64,000 nt of DNA from Gemmatimonadota bacterium (GCA_036679605.1 JAZDCZ010000085.1:1-64000); one strand, 5' to 3'; positions 16,769-26,722 are shown, counted from the first letter of the stretch. Made by a program: numbers and translations. The notes: a model not told the origin generated them from the letters alone.

Positions 16769-18024
16769 CCGAGACTAGCAAAGACCGTGGAAGCGGAAAT
16801 CGAGAACTGTTTAGCAGCACAGCCGTTTGTATCTGGATTCCTTTGTTCGCTCTCCGTTGTGAAATCATTCGCCGGCCCACGCATGTGCAACGTCCCACGG
16901 CTTTACTTTCATCGAGCGACACAAGACGACTCTGGCAGGTATCATCTCTTGCCAGACGTGCCGGTGTAAAAGCTGCAATGACCGTGAATCAAGCCATCGG
17001 ACTGTGTCCGACTCTAACGCTCTATGAGCCTGATCCGGTTTTCTACGATGAGCGCTTCTCCCACATCATCATGGAACTGGGCAATGTGAGCCCCGTCATC
17101 GAGCCTGTTGAGTTGGGACATACATATGTAGGAGTAGATGGACTAGAGACATTGTTTGGTTCACCCAAGAAGCAGCTAGAAACCATTGTTAGTGCAATCT
17201 CATCTGAATGGTCTAGTACAATGCGCTTGGGTTGGGGAAGGGGAAAGTTTGTCGCTTGGGTCGCAGCCACCAGAGCTGAGCCGGGTGGCGCGACAATCGT
17301 CCTCGACAAGGAACGAAAAGCATTCCTCGCTTCTCAGCCAGTTGCCGTATTGCAAATAGACGCCGACACACATCGCAGGGTTCGGCAGCTCGGCCTCAAA
17401 ACTTTACGAGATGTTGCACGCCTGCCGGAAATCGCCGTCATATCACAATTTGGCAACGAGGGGCGCCGCATCTGGCAATTGGCAACGGGTACACTTTCTG
17501 AGCCAGTTGTCGGTCGGGAGACACCCGATCCTATCGTATCGAAAATTCATTTTCCCAACCCGGTAGCCGACAAAACGATGCTCATCCATGCACTCGATCG
17601 ATTGATCGATCGAACGCTACGTCATCCACGACGTATCGGTTGGCGTGTTCTCGAGGTGCTCGTACGCGCAAAGCAAGAGCATGGTAGCTCATGGATGATA
17701 CGCGCGACGTTAAAGGAGCCATCCGCTGACCGGCAACATATAGCCGCACCGTTACGAGTACGTCTCGAGCAAATCCCACCGACAGGGGCTATAGAAGATC
17801 TCACTGTTGAGTTTGTTTCATTTGCTCGTGGCACCACCGAACTCCAACTCTTTGCTCGCGATGCCAATAGTGCAGCGCGAGCCGGCCGGCAACGTGCTCT
17901 ACGTTACGCAGTAAGAGAAATCAGACTCCGTGTCAGACGTTCCAGCCTTTATCACGTCGTCGAGGTACAACCATGGTCCCGCATCCCAGAGCGCCGCTAC
18001 GCGCTGATCGACTACGACCCTTAA
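16759..18024 (+). CDS. imuB: ImuB-like inactive Y-family DNA polymerase
   Basis: Y-family fold motifs (ARRAGVKAAM..QAIGLCP, LGLKTLRDV) but catalytic acidic residues absent (VCIWIPLF; EPVELGHTYVG); ELQLF candidate clamp motif; upstream of dnaE2. Start uncertain. Confidence 0.85.
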   Translation: MRIAETSKDRGSGNRELFSSTAVCIWIPLFALRCEIIRRPTHVQRPTALLSSSDTRRLWQVSSLARRAGVKAAMTVNQAIGLCPTLTLYEPDPVFYDERFSHIIMELGNVSPVIEPVELGHTYVGVDGLETLFGSPKKQLETIVSAISSEWSSTMRLGWGRGKFVAWVAATRAEPGGATIVLDKERKAFLASQPVAVLQIDADTHRRVRQLGLKTLRDVARLPEIAVISQFGNEGRRIWQLATGTLSEPVVGRETPDPIVSKIHFPNPVADKTMLIHALDRLIDRTLRHPRRIGWRVLEVLVRAKQEHGSSWMIRATLKEPSADRQHIAAPLRVRLEQIPPTGAIEDLTVEFVSFARGTTELQLFARDANSAARAGRQRALRYAVREIRLRVRRSSLYHVVEVQPWSRIPERRYALIDYDP

Positions 18025-18257
18025 ATCTGCCGCAACCAGTGAAAGTCGTTCTAGATAAACTCGATCTACCAAGTGCGATCGAAGAAAATGGCATCCGTAA
18101 AACAGTGGATGCAATCATAGACACGTGGCGAATAGATGATGAGTGGTGGAGAGAGCCGATTGCGCGACGATACGTGGAAGTTGTTTTGAACGATGGAGGA
18201 CATGTGGTCCTATATGAGGACTTGACGAACCATGCGTGGTTCTTGCAAATGCCGTAG
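17973..18257 (+). CDS. Small conserved protein of imuB-dnaE2 operons (DUF6504-like)
   Basis: RLRPLNLPQPV...WRIDDEWWREPIARRYVEV...W pattern, resembling the C-terminal domain of longer ImuB proteins. Confidence 0.75.
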   Translation: MVPHPRAPLRADRLRPLNLPQPVKVVLDKLDLPSAIEENGIRKTVDAIIDTWRIDDEWWREPIARRYVEVVLNDGGHVVLYEDLTNHAWFLQMP

Positions 18258-18274
18258 AGTAGCTGACCGTAGAA

Positions 18275-21200
18275 ATGCCCTTGCCCAACCCCGTGTATAT
18301 AGAACTGCACTGTCATTCCGCGTTCTCGTTTCTCGATGGTTCCTCACTGCCAGAGCAACTGGTTTTAGAAGCCCAGTCAATAGGATATCCTGCTCTAGCA
18401 CTCACCGACAACAACGGCCTATACGGTTCGATGATATTCGCTCAAGCCGCTCGACAACTGGGGCTGCAGGCAATTACTGGTGCAGAACTCACATTGCTCG
18501 ACGGTTCACATATAACCCTCCTTGTAGAAACCCAACGCGGTTATGCCAATCTGTGTCGTCTTATCACTGAGGCACACCTGGAACAGGATGACAGGCACGA
18601 TCCACGGCTCGATTTTGCATCTTTGGAACAACGCCACGACGGATTGATCGTTCTGTCCGGCTGCCGTAATGGCCTCCTATCTCGTGTTCTAGAACGAGAG
18701 GGATTGGCAACGGCCCACCGATTCGCCGAACGTTGCGGCAAAGTCTTCGGCCGTGACAATTTCTTCGTGGAGTTGCAGCGCAATGCCGTACGGGGAGACA
18801 GGACGTTAACCAGAACACTGGCGGCGATTGCGGATACGGCTGGTTTACATGTCGTTGCTACTGGGAATGTTCACTACCATCGGCGGGAGCAATACCGGCT
18901 ACACGATGCGTTGGTAGCAATCAAACATCGCTCCACGCTCGACACTTCCCATTCGTTTCGCCGGCCCAATAGCGAATTCTATCTACGCCCACCCGCTGAA
19001 GTGGCCGCCATTTTTCATGACCGACCAGATGCCATAGCCAACACGCTCGTCATTGCTGAGCGATGTGCATCTTTCGACCTGACTAGAGATTTGGGATATA
19101 CCTTTCCGGATTTTCAAAAGTCCGACAAGCTAACTGCCATCCAAGCACTGACTGAACTCTGCAGCGTTAAGCTAGAGGAATTCTATCCGCCAGGTTCGCC
19201 AAACCGGTTTGAGGCGGAACAGCGATTGAAGGAAGAGTTACGTCTAATAGAACATCACGATCTCTGTGGATTTTTTCTGGTATATAGGGATCTGCTAGAA
19301 CTGGCCCGTGAGGTAGCCGCCGATATCCGAAGTGGCACTAGGAGAATCAGAGGCAATCTGCTCCCGGGGCGAGGACGTGGCTCGTCTGTGTCTTCAATCG
19401 TCTGTTATTTCCTCGGACTCTCGCATATCGACCCCGTCGTCAATCAACTCTTCCTCGGTCGTTTTCTCAATGAGACACTGGCATCGATACCGGATATCGA
19501 TCTCGATTTCCCACGGGAGATACGTGAGGAGTTGATTCGGCGAGTATACCAAAAATACGGTAGTGAGCACGTCGGTTTGGTCTGTTCATTCCCGACTTAT
19601 CGACTGAAGTCGGCGGTGCGGGAACTAGGCAAGGCACTCGACCTACCGCAGGGAGAATTGGAACAGGTTACTCGCTTGGCAGGATCGCGATCCGCTAAGG
19701 CACTACGTGAAGAACTTCAGAACCTGCCGAGTTTCGCCGAACGGGTAGACGCACCACTCTGGCGAGAACTGTGTACCTTGGCCGAAGATATAGCGGGATT
19801 GCCGCGCCACATATCGCAGCATGTCGGCGGTATGATAATATCGAGTTGCCCTTTGGTCGAGCTGGTTCCTTTGGAACGAGCTGCCATGCCCGACCGAGTA
19901 ATCTGCCAATGGGACAAGGATTCTTGCGATGACGCACGTTTCGTAAAAATAGATTTCCTAGCACTCGGCATGCTCTCGTTGGTCGAAGAGTGCGTGGAGT
20001 TGATCGCACGAAGAGAAGGTCACCCTCCCGATCTCAGTCGAATAAATTTCGACGACACCGCTGTTTACGACCAGATATGTAGCGGTGACACTGTGGGGCT
20101 CTTTCAAATCGAGAGTCGCGCTCAGATCCAAATGATTCGTCGGACGAGACCTCGCAACTTGGAGGATCTCGCGATCGAAGTCGCCATAGTCCGGCCCGGT
20201 CCAATCGTCGGTGGTGCAGTAAATCCTTACGTACGTCGACGCGAGGCTCAGCGCGCAGCCAAGTCACACAATGTTCTTTACGAACCGCCGGTAGATCATC
20301 CTCTACTCAAGAAAGCCCTGGCAGAAACCTTGGGAGTAGTCATCTATCAGGATCAGGTGCTACAAGTCTGCCAGGCCTTGGCCGGATTCACAGCAGGGCA
20401 GGCGGAGGCTCTACGTCGGGCGATGAGTCGGCGACGTTCACGTGAATTGATGGAGGCATTCTGGCAGGAATTCCGCAGCGGTGCTGCTGAACACGGAGTC
20501 AACGAAGACACGGCACAGAGGGTGTTTGAGCAAGTGGTTGCCTTTTCAGAATTCGGTTTTCCTAAATCACACGCGGCAGCATTTGGATTACTCGCCTATC
20601 AATCTGCTTGGCTCCGTCACTACTACCCAGTGGAGTATTACACCGGCCTCTTCAACAACCAGCCGATGGGTTTCTATTCACTGGATGCGTTGGCTAGGGA
20701 TGCGGCACGGCACGGCGTTCAGGTTCAACTGCCCGACATCAATAGAAGTGATGTTCACTGCACAGTCGAAGGTGGGTCGATTCGCATTGGCTTTGGATTC
20801 ATACGAGAGTGTGGACTGAAAGTCGCCGAAGAAGTTGTCGTCGAACGCGAACGACATGGTTGTTATTCCAGTCTCTCCGATTTTGTACGGCGAGCACCGC
20901 CGCAACTCTCACGTAACGCCATCGAGAACCTCGTGTGGGTCGGAGGATGTGATTCGTTCGGACTCACGCGCCGGGAACTGTTATGGCAGGTGGGACTATT
21001 GCTTCCGCCCAAGAATGGACACCCTGATCGACATCGAGTACGACGGCAATTGGAACTGCCACTCAATCACCCTTATGAGAACCTGCGATTTGGCGATGTC
21101 CCATCGGACGAACGAGTCTTGGCAGAATATCAGGTTCTGGGATTCGCAGCCAACAGTCATCCATTCATTTTATTGGGCGAGGCGTTACCCGCCGGAATCG

Positions 21201-21583
21201 TAAAGAGCGATAGGCTGGAAAATTTAGAGCACAACTCTGTCGTAGAGGTTGCTGGTTTGGTCGTAGCACGGCAGCGACCTTCGACTGCGAAGGGAACCAT
21301 CTTTATTCTGTTGGAGGACGAGACCGGAATGATCAACGCGATCGTCCGGCCAGACCTTTATGACCGCAACCGACTCGCTATCCGCGGGGAACCCTTCCTT
21401 TGGATTTCTGGAAAGTTGGCTAAAGACGATAGGACCGTAAATGTCATCGCCGAACAAGTTAGGGCGTTGAAGCTTCGCCATCCCCGAGAACTAACCACGA
21501 CTTCTACCGGAGCCTCTAATTCACCTTATTCTTTTCTGAAACAACTCCGGAGATCTGCACCGAAATCTAAGAATTGGGGCTAA
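18275..21583 (+). CDS. dnaE2: Error-prone DNA polymerase DnaE2 (ImuC)
   Basis: PHP domain ELHCHSAFSFLDG, catalytic PDIDLDF and KIDFL, SQHVGG, FGFPKSHAAAF, OB-fold RQRPSTAKG. Confidence 0.95.
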   Translation: MPLPNPVYIELHCHSAFSFLDGSSLPEQLVLEAQSIGYPALALTDNNGLYGSMIFAQAARQLGLQAITGAELTLLDGSHITLLVETQRGYANLCRLITEAHLEQDDRHDPRLDFASLEQRHDGLIVLSGCRNGLLSRVLEREGLATAHRFAERCGKVFGRDNFFVELQRNAVRGDRTLTRTLAAIADTAGLHVVATGNVHYHRREQYRLHDALVAIKHRSTLDTSHSFRRPNSEFYLRPPAEVAAIFHDRPDAIANTLVIAERCASFDLTRDLGYTFPDFQKSDKLTAIQALTELCSVKLEEFYPPGSPNRFEAEQRLKEELRLIEHHDLCGFFLVYRDLLELAREVAADIRSGTRRIRGNLLPGRGRGSSVSSIVCYFLGLSHIDPVVNQLFLGRFLNETLASIPDIDLDFPREIREELIRRVYQKYGSEHVGLVCSFPTYRLKSAVRELGKALDLPQGELEQVTRLAGSRSAKALREELQNLPSFAERVDAPLWRELCTLAEDIAGLPRHISQHVGGMIISSCPLVELVPLERAAMPDRVICQWDKDSCDDARFVKIDFLALGMLSLVEECVELIARREGHPPDLSRINFDDTAVYDQICSGDTVGLFQIESRAQIQMIRRTRPRNLEDLAIEVAIVRPGPIVGGAVNPYVRRREAQRAAKSHNVLYEPPVDHPLLKKALAETLGVVIYQDQVLQVCQALAGFTAGQAEALRRAMSRRRSRELMEAFWQEFRSGAAEHGVNEDTAQRVFEQVVAFSEFGFPKSHAAAFGLLAYQSAWLRHYYPVEYYTGLFNNQPMGFYSLDALARDAARHGVQVQLPDINRSDVHCTVEGGSIRIGFGFIRECGLKVAEEVVVERERHGCYSSLSDFVRRAPPQLSRNAIENLVWVGGCDSFGLTRRELLWQVGLLLPPKNGHPDRHRVRRQLELPLNHPYENLRFGDVPSDERVLAEYQVLGFAANSHPFILLGEALPAGIVKSDRLENLEHNSVVEVAGLVVARQRPSTAKGTIFILLEDETGMINAIVRPDLYDRNRLAIRGEPFLWISGKLAKDDRTVNVIAEQVRALKLRHPRELTTTSTGASNSPYSFLKQLRRSAPKSKNWG

Positions 21584-22779
21584 ATGGGTACAGGCAAGCC
21601 TTTGGAGCGCAGGATATTTTCTATCGCCTCACCAATCTTGTTGTTCGGCGTGGAGGCACCCGCTGTGATCCCGATAACGCGAATCGACTCGTCCAGCCAC
21701 GCGGCCTTCTTCACTTCGTCGGTAGAATCTGCCGGCTTATAGTTAATCGAACCAGATTCGACATCGATGCAACAAGCATCGGATATATGGTAGGTCACTC
21801 TCTTCTTCGCGCAGATCTTAGCCAGATGATTGGTGTTGCTCGAGTTGTAGCCGCCAATTACGACCATTGCATCGAGATCTCCGTCTATTAGATCGACAAC
21901 GGCATCCTGCCGCTCCTGTGTGGCCGAACAGATCGTATCAAAAGAACGGAAATGGTCAGCTAGATTCTCAGACCCGTAACGTGCCACCATCGACTTTCCT
22001 ATCCGGTTTGCAATGGCAAGTGACTCCGAAGCCAACATTGTAGTCTGGTTAGCGATACCAACCCTCACCAGATCTCTCCGAAATTTGAACCCGGGAGATA
22101 CTTGCCTCTCGAATTGCGTCTCGAGCGCTTGTGTCTCACCGTCATCTTCGATGAACCGGCAAACGACTTCGGCCTCGGCCATGTTCCGGACAATGATATA
22201 CTGCCCGCCCTCGTACTTCGTCACCTGGCTGGCCGTGGCTTTGGTTTCCTCGTGGAAATACTTGCCATGAACCACGGCTGTGAATCCGTCCCTGGCGTAT
22301 CGTTCCACGCGCTTCCACACATTCAGGACCGATCCACAGGTGGTATCGACGAGAACGCAGCCAAGTTCGTGCAGGTACTTGAAGTCCTCGACCTTGACTC
22401 CAAAGGCTGGAATGAGCACAACATCATCTCGAGTGATTCCCGAAAAATCGAAGCTTCCATCACCGTGCTGACGAATGACCGTCACTCCCATGTCCTGTAG
22501 TTTGCTATTCACATGAGGGTTGTGGATTATCTCGCCTATTAGATACACCGGTTGGTCGGGGAACTTCCTACGGGTTTCGTATGCATACTCCACGGCTCGG
22601 TCTACGCCATAGCAGAAACCGAACTCCTTCGCGAGCCGAAATGTCAGGTCGCCAACGGTTAGTTCATACTCGTTGTTCCGGATGTGGTCTACCAGCTGAC
22701 TGTGGTAGTCCTCGGTGAGCGTGTCCGCTATGGCCTGCTTGAGACCGAACCCCTTACGAAAATAGGTCTGTTCCATCAT
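21580..22779 (-). CDS. ispH: 4-hydroxy-3-methylbut-2-enyl diphosphate reductase
   Basis: FGFCYGV, IIHNP, DTTC, NQTT, TICSATQERQ, SSNT, TAGASTP. Confidence 0.96.
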   Translation of the reverse strand: MMEQTYFRKGFGLKQAIADTLTEDYHSQLVDHIRNNEYELTVGDLTFRLAKEFGFCYGVDRAVEYAYETRRKFPDQPVYLIGEIIHNPHVNSKLQDMGVTVIRQHGDGSFDFSGITRDDVVLIPAFGVKVEDFKYLHELGCVLVDTTCGSVLNVWKRVERYARDGFTAVVHGKYFHEETKATASQVTKYEGGQYIIVRNMAEAEVVCRFIEDDGETQALETQFERQVSPGFKFRRDLVRVGIANQTTMLASESLAIANRIGKSMVARYGSENLADHFRSFDTICSATQERQDAVVDLIDGDLDAMVVIGGYNSSNTNHLAKICAKKRVTYHISDACCIDVESGSINYKPADSTDEVKKAAWLDESIRVIGITAGASTPNNKIGEAIENILRSKGLPVPI

Positions 22780-22800
22780 TGGAAATCTAACACGGAACCC

Positions 22801-23442
22801 TTACTGACCCGAGGCCGTGTCTGCCTGAGACATAAACGATTGTTTTGTTTGCTCGCAGTAACTCGCCGTCTGCTCAATTACCGGAACACGATCGAACACA
22901 CCAACGTAATGTGTGAGAATGTCTGTCTCGACTTCCCTAATCACTGACGTGAATTGACCACGCACATCGCTGTCAAACGAAAAGATCTCGAGGGTGCCGC
23001 TGCCAGCCTGGAACGCATAGGCCAATTGCTTGCCACGAAACGCCTGTACACCAATCCGCGCCTCACCCGGTTCAGGTTCCTCCCTGTCTTTTGCTACGAT
23101 TTCGTACGAGCCGAGTGCTGACTCATCTCTAAGGTTCAGAAAAATTAGAGTTCCAGTGCCCGGTATCGCTGCCTCAATTTCCAGCAACCCGATGTCCTTG
23201 CATAAATTTGCATGCGCCTTCCACTCACCGCCCAGTTTGAAATCCCCGGCGCTCGCAGCGACCAGGTAGCCGCGGCGACCAGTGGGAAGCTGCGGAGTAG
23301 GAGGTAGACTACTCAGCGACGTCGGGTCGTCCGTCGAATCCGACCGGACAAAAATGTCTTCCGATGGCCCTTCCCCGCTGCATGCCGCGATGCCGATCAA
23401 CAGCCCTGACAAAATTCCACGAACCACTATGGAGCTTTGCAC
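22801..23442 (-). CDS. Hypothetical lipoprotein
   Basis: Signal peptide with lipobox IAAC; start overlaps the thioesterase end. Confidence 0.7.
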   Translation of the reverse strand: MQSSIVVRGILSGLLIGIAACSGEGPSEDIFVRSDSTDDPTSLSSLPPTPQLPTGRRGYLVAASAGDFKLGGEWKAHANLCKDIGLLEIEAAIPGTGTLIFLNLRDESALGSYEIVAKDREEPEPGEARIGVQAFRGKQLAYAFQAGSGTLEIFSFDSDVRGQFTSVIREVETDILTHYVGVFDRVPVIEQTASYCEQTKQSFMSQADTASGQ

Positions 23443-23894
23443 TTGTCACCGACGGCAGCCCGAGCCGCTGTCTCGTTCATCTCGAACATCCCCAAGCTAC
23501 TCACGAGTTCTGTTGGCAGTTCACGAGACTTCATTGTTTCGCGGTCTGTGCAGACCAGTACCTCATGTCCGGTAGCGGCCATCTTTCCCGCGTGCAAGTG
23601 AAAGACATCGAAGTTGACACATATCGAACTCGTGCCGAAGCGAGTGAAGTATGCGGAGACCCTCAGCCGGTCGTCCAAGCGCGCCGGGTACATGAAGTCG
23701 CAGTCCAGGTGAACTCGGGGTAGCCACATGTCGAATCGATCAAAAACTTGGCTATAAGGAACTCCTGCCGCCCGAAACATCTCCATCTCGGCAATTTCGA
23801 AAAATCGGACGTAGGCTCCATAGAAGATTATTCCCGCCTTGTCCACGTCGGACCAACGTACGTACTCGTCGATAACAAACGGCTGTCTATCCAT
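23427..23894 (-). CDS. Acyl-CoA thioesterase (YbgC/4HBT hotdog family)
   Basis: VRWSDVDKAGIIFYGAYVRFFE motif; start taken at ATG 23894, not 24161. Confidence 0.88.
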   Translation of the reverse strand: MDRQPFVIDEYVRWSDVDKAGIIFYGAYVRFFEIAEMEMFRAAGVPYSQVFDRFDMWLPRVHLDCDFMYPARLDDRLRVSAYFTRFGTSSICVNFDVFHLHAGKMAATGHEVLVCTDRETMKSRELPTELVSSLGMFEMNETAARAAVGDKCKAP

Positions 23895-23947
23895 TAGATC
23901 CAAGGTAGACGGCGAGAGTAAGTAACGAAAGGGAAGACACCCACAGA

Positions 23948-26161
23948 TTAACGCGGCGCCCTGAATACCAGGTCGAATCTCACTTCGTTCCACGGATCGA
24001 TGCCCTTCGACAGATCGAAGCGCATCAATCCGTTCAGCAATGAGACGCCGATACCTGCACCGACCATCGGATCCGAAGAGAACGTGTCGCCAACATCTAC
24101 GAACAGCACCGGTGCCAAGAACGGAGAACTGGTAAGGGCAAAATCGAGCTGTGTGGACCAAAACTCACGACCCAGTCGAGCGCCATATGTAAAGCCGCGC
24201 ACGGTCTGTGGCCCGCCAAGACGGAACGCGAGCTGCGGTATGTCGTCACCGCGCATAGCGCCGGCGTGTAGAGTCAGCGTTCCTGTTCTACCCAATGCCC
24301 GAAACGGAACTGCTGCGGATCCGTAAATGCGGCCGGCCGAGAGATCTTCGTCGGCCAGGATGTCTGCGCCCGGCTTCAACTCCGTCAGCCCTATACGATA
24401 GGGGCGATTCACGCGCACACCGACGAAGTTGCCTTCTGCAATCTGAGGATTGAGTTGGAACGAGCCGCCAAAGGGAGCGCCCGCTTCGTTCTTCATACTG
24501 GTCTGTCGCTCGAAGAATGCTTCGAACGTCAAATCGCGTAAGAGACCGGCATTCCACTGATACGAGAAACTGGAACCTAGGGCAAGGTGGTAGTCGGCGT
24601 CGTCGTTCCCGGCGAAGATTCCGTTCAACGAGTTGCCGATACCGAGCCCGTTGGTCCACGGTTCGACCTCACTCACCGTTCTATAGACCTTGAAATCGAA
24701 CCGGCCACCAGGACCGTCGCGCCTCCAAACAGCAGACCCAGTCGGTCGCAAATCGGCTAGACCGATCCGGGCCGTAAACAGCACCTGGGTAAAGTCAGGC
24801 CCCGGCCGGAGCTGATACCCGATCCCCACCGACGGACCTTGCACTCGATTGAACCGAAAAATGTCCGAGAACTCCTCCCAGGCCACTCCATAGCGCAATC
24901 GACCCACCCAATCCGCGGGTAGATCCTCCGACAATTTCGCGAGGGTAGCCACCGACTCCCGGAGGCGCTCCTCCTCCTCTGGATCGATATTGACCTTGAA
25001 CTCCTCCTCCCAGTCATAAAGCATCAACTCATCGGTAGGCGGGATCTCGACTTCCCATCTCCCCTTTCCCCATGTGCCGGCACGTGCATAGCCATGTTCA
25101 GACCGATCCCGATCGCTGCGGTTTCGCACACGGTTGGTGTCACCTCGCACACGTACTCGCGTACGCCGATCACCGTCGGCCAAGGGATCGGAGCTGCCCC
25201 GTCCTGCAGGCAGGTCCTCTTGCGGCACTGTGAACGCTATTGCCGGAGTCGTATTGACCTCGTACTCGCTAAACGTCGAAAGCGCCCGCATCGGCAGGGT
25301 GAGGTTGACGAACCAGGGGATTTCAAATGTGAGGGACATCAACTGGCGGTACGGTAGCCAGTAACGGTTTTCAATTAGAGCGTACTCGACATCGGCTTCA
25401 GCACTCAGGAACCGCCTGGCCCACTTGTTGTCGTTGCGCGCATCCGCACTGTCCTCTGGAGTTCTACCGTCGGGCTGTGACCACACGTATTGACCGACGA
25501 ACACCACCATGAGCCGCACCACATCGGCCGTCGCCCGATCGATCCACATATCGCCTGCCACAAGGGACGCAGCCAATTTCTTAGGCGTCACGTGCATCTT
25601 GACGGCCGTTATTTCAGGTCCGTTTGGAATCCGTAGTCTTGTGGAGTCGGTGATCGAGTAGTTGTAGTAATCGATGGCACCGAACGCCAGAGGGTGTAGC
25701 GCCGCTTGGTCCGGAACACCCATGAGCATGATGCTGTCACCCAAGGAGCGGGGAATAAACCACGGTCGGTCGAGCAATACCTCTTGACGCAATTCATCTT
25801 GAAGTTCGTCGACATCATCTCCCGACGCGCCGGCCATGCGAGCAAACATCCGGAGGGCTGGTGCCGCCGATCGCGCTCCAAGAACCTGCACCTTGAGATC
25901 GTTGGGAGCTTGCCACGACAATCTGGCCACCGTCTCGTGGGCAAACAAAGCCGTCTGCCTTGAGAACCGGCTTCGGCCAGACGTAAGATCCAAGCGCGTC
26001 TGCACCAGGGCGCTGTAGTCTCGTACTAGGGAGTCTTGCCGGACGTGCCGAACGCGTGCACGCGCATAGAGTTCCGCGGTGGCAGCGTCCTTAAATGTTG
26101 CCGAATCGCCCTGATAGTTGGGAGATACAAATAGCAGTGTAGCTAGGAGACCCGCGACCAT
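23948..26161 (-). CDS. Putative outer-membrane beta-barrel protein (Omp85-like C-terminus)
   Basis: Signal peptide, FRFNRVQG, FRLGGPQTVRGF (VRGF/Y-like motif), alternating beta-strand C-terminus. Confidence 0.7.
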   Translation of the reverse strand: MVAGLLATLLFVSPNYQGDSATFKDAATAELYARARVRHVRQDSLVRDYSALVQTRLDLTSGRSRFSRQTALFAHETVARLSWQAPNDLKVQVLGARSAAPALRMFARMAGASGDDVDELQDELRQEVLLDRPWFIPRSLGDSIMLMGVPDQAALHPLAFGAIDYYNYSITDSTRLRIPNGPEITAVKMHVTPKKLAASLVAGDMWIDRATADVVRLMVVFVGQYVWSQPDGRTPEDSADARNDNKWARRFLSAEADVEYALIENRYWLPYRQLMSLTFEIPWFVNLTLPMRALSTFSEYEVNTTPAIAFTVPQEDLPAGRGSSDPLADGDRRTRVRVRGDTNRVRNRSDRDRSEHGYARAGTWGKGRWEVEIPPTDELMLYDWEEEFKVNIDPEEEERLRESVATLAKLSEDLPADWVGRLRYGVAWEEFSDIFRFNRVQGPSVGIGYQLRPGPDFTQVLFTARIGLADLRPTGSAVWRRDGPGGRFDFKVYRTVSEVEPWTNGLGIGNSLNGIFAGNDDADYHLALGSSFSYQWNAGLLRDLTFEAFFERQTSMKNEAGAPFGGSFQLNPQIAEGNFVGVRVNRPYRIGLTELKPGADILADEDLSAGRIYGSAAVPFRALGRTGTLTLHAGAMRGDDIPQLAFRLGGPQTVRGFTYGARLGREFWSTQLDFALTSSPFLAPVLFVDVGDTFSSDPMVGAGIGVSLLNGLMRFDLSKGIDPWNEVRFDLVFRAPR

Positions 26162-26580
26162 CCATCACGCCCATCACGGTTAAGGCCGTACTCCTTGAGT
26201 CGGCGCCACAACGTGGTCCGTGAAATCCCTAGTTTCCTCGCACTGTCCGCTAGCCGCCAGCCACTTTCTTCCAGCGTCTTCATGATGGTGCGCCGCTCAC
26301 GCGCTGCCAGCGTGTTCTCGCCAGCTTCCGATTCTGGAAGGAAAACAGCCTCTCCCACCTTGAGACCGCCGACCCTGAGCGGGGCAATGCGCGCACCTAG
26401 TCGTGACAACCTTGGCAGCAGTTCGCTCGCGCCGCTCGCCTCGTCGACTCCCAACTCAGCGATCGCTTCGTGCCCCCGAAGATTCGTGTGCACCACCCTA
26501 CCGCCATTGTCGAGCACCACCACTCCCTCCTTGAAGGAGTCCAGTAGAACACGGGCAAGCGGTGAAAAAACGTATGACAT
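26143..26580 (-). CDS. PAS + Fis-type HTH regulator
   Basis: LLDSFKEGVVVLDNGGRVVHTN (PAS) and ERRTIMKTL...SARKLGISRTTLWRRLKEYG (HTH_8). Confidence 0.85.
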   Translation of the reverse strand: MSYVFSPLARVLLDSFKEGVVVLDNGGRVVHTNLRGHEAIAELGVDEASGASELLPRLSRLGARIAPLRVGGLKVGEAVFLPESEAGENTLAARERRTIMKTLEESGWRLADSARKLGISRTTLWRRLKEYGLNRDGRDGWSRVS

Positions 26581-26704
26581 CGTGAGCGTAACCCTGTCTT
26601 GATCGACAACGGACTTTACGCTGCTACCCGCAAGAAGGTTTCAGATCGAGTCGTTGGAACCTGGCGGAGATCGATCTAGCTTGCGGACGTATGACATCAT
26701 ATAT

Positions 26705-26722
26705 TGACCGTCTGGACAGTCA
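26705..26722. promoter_or_regulatory. Palindromic candidate TetR operator
   Basis: TGACCGTCTGGACAGTCA imperfect palindrome just upstream of the tetR RBS, between divergent genes. Confidence 0.55.

Noticed and set aside
23895..24161. ORF-track extension of the thioesterase (similar extensions at 27361, 35473, 54001, 56837 and 59850)
   Set aside because: They overlap neighbouring genes or precede clear RBS/signal-peptide starts; downstream starts fit better.
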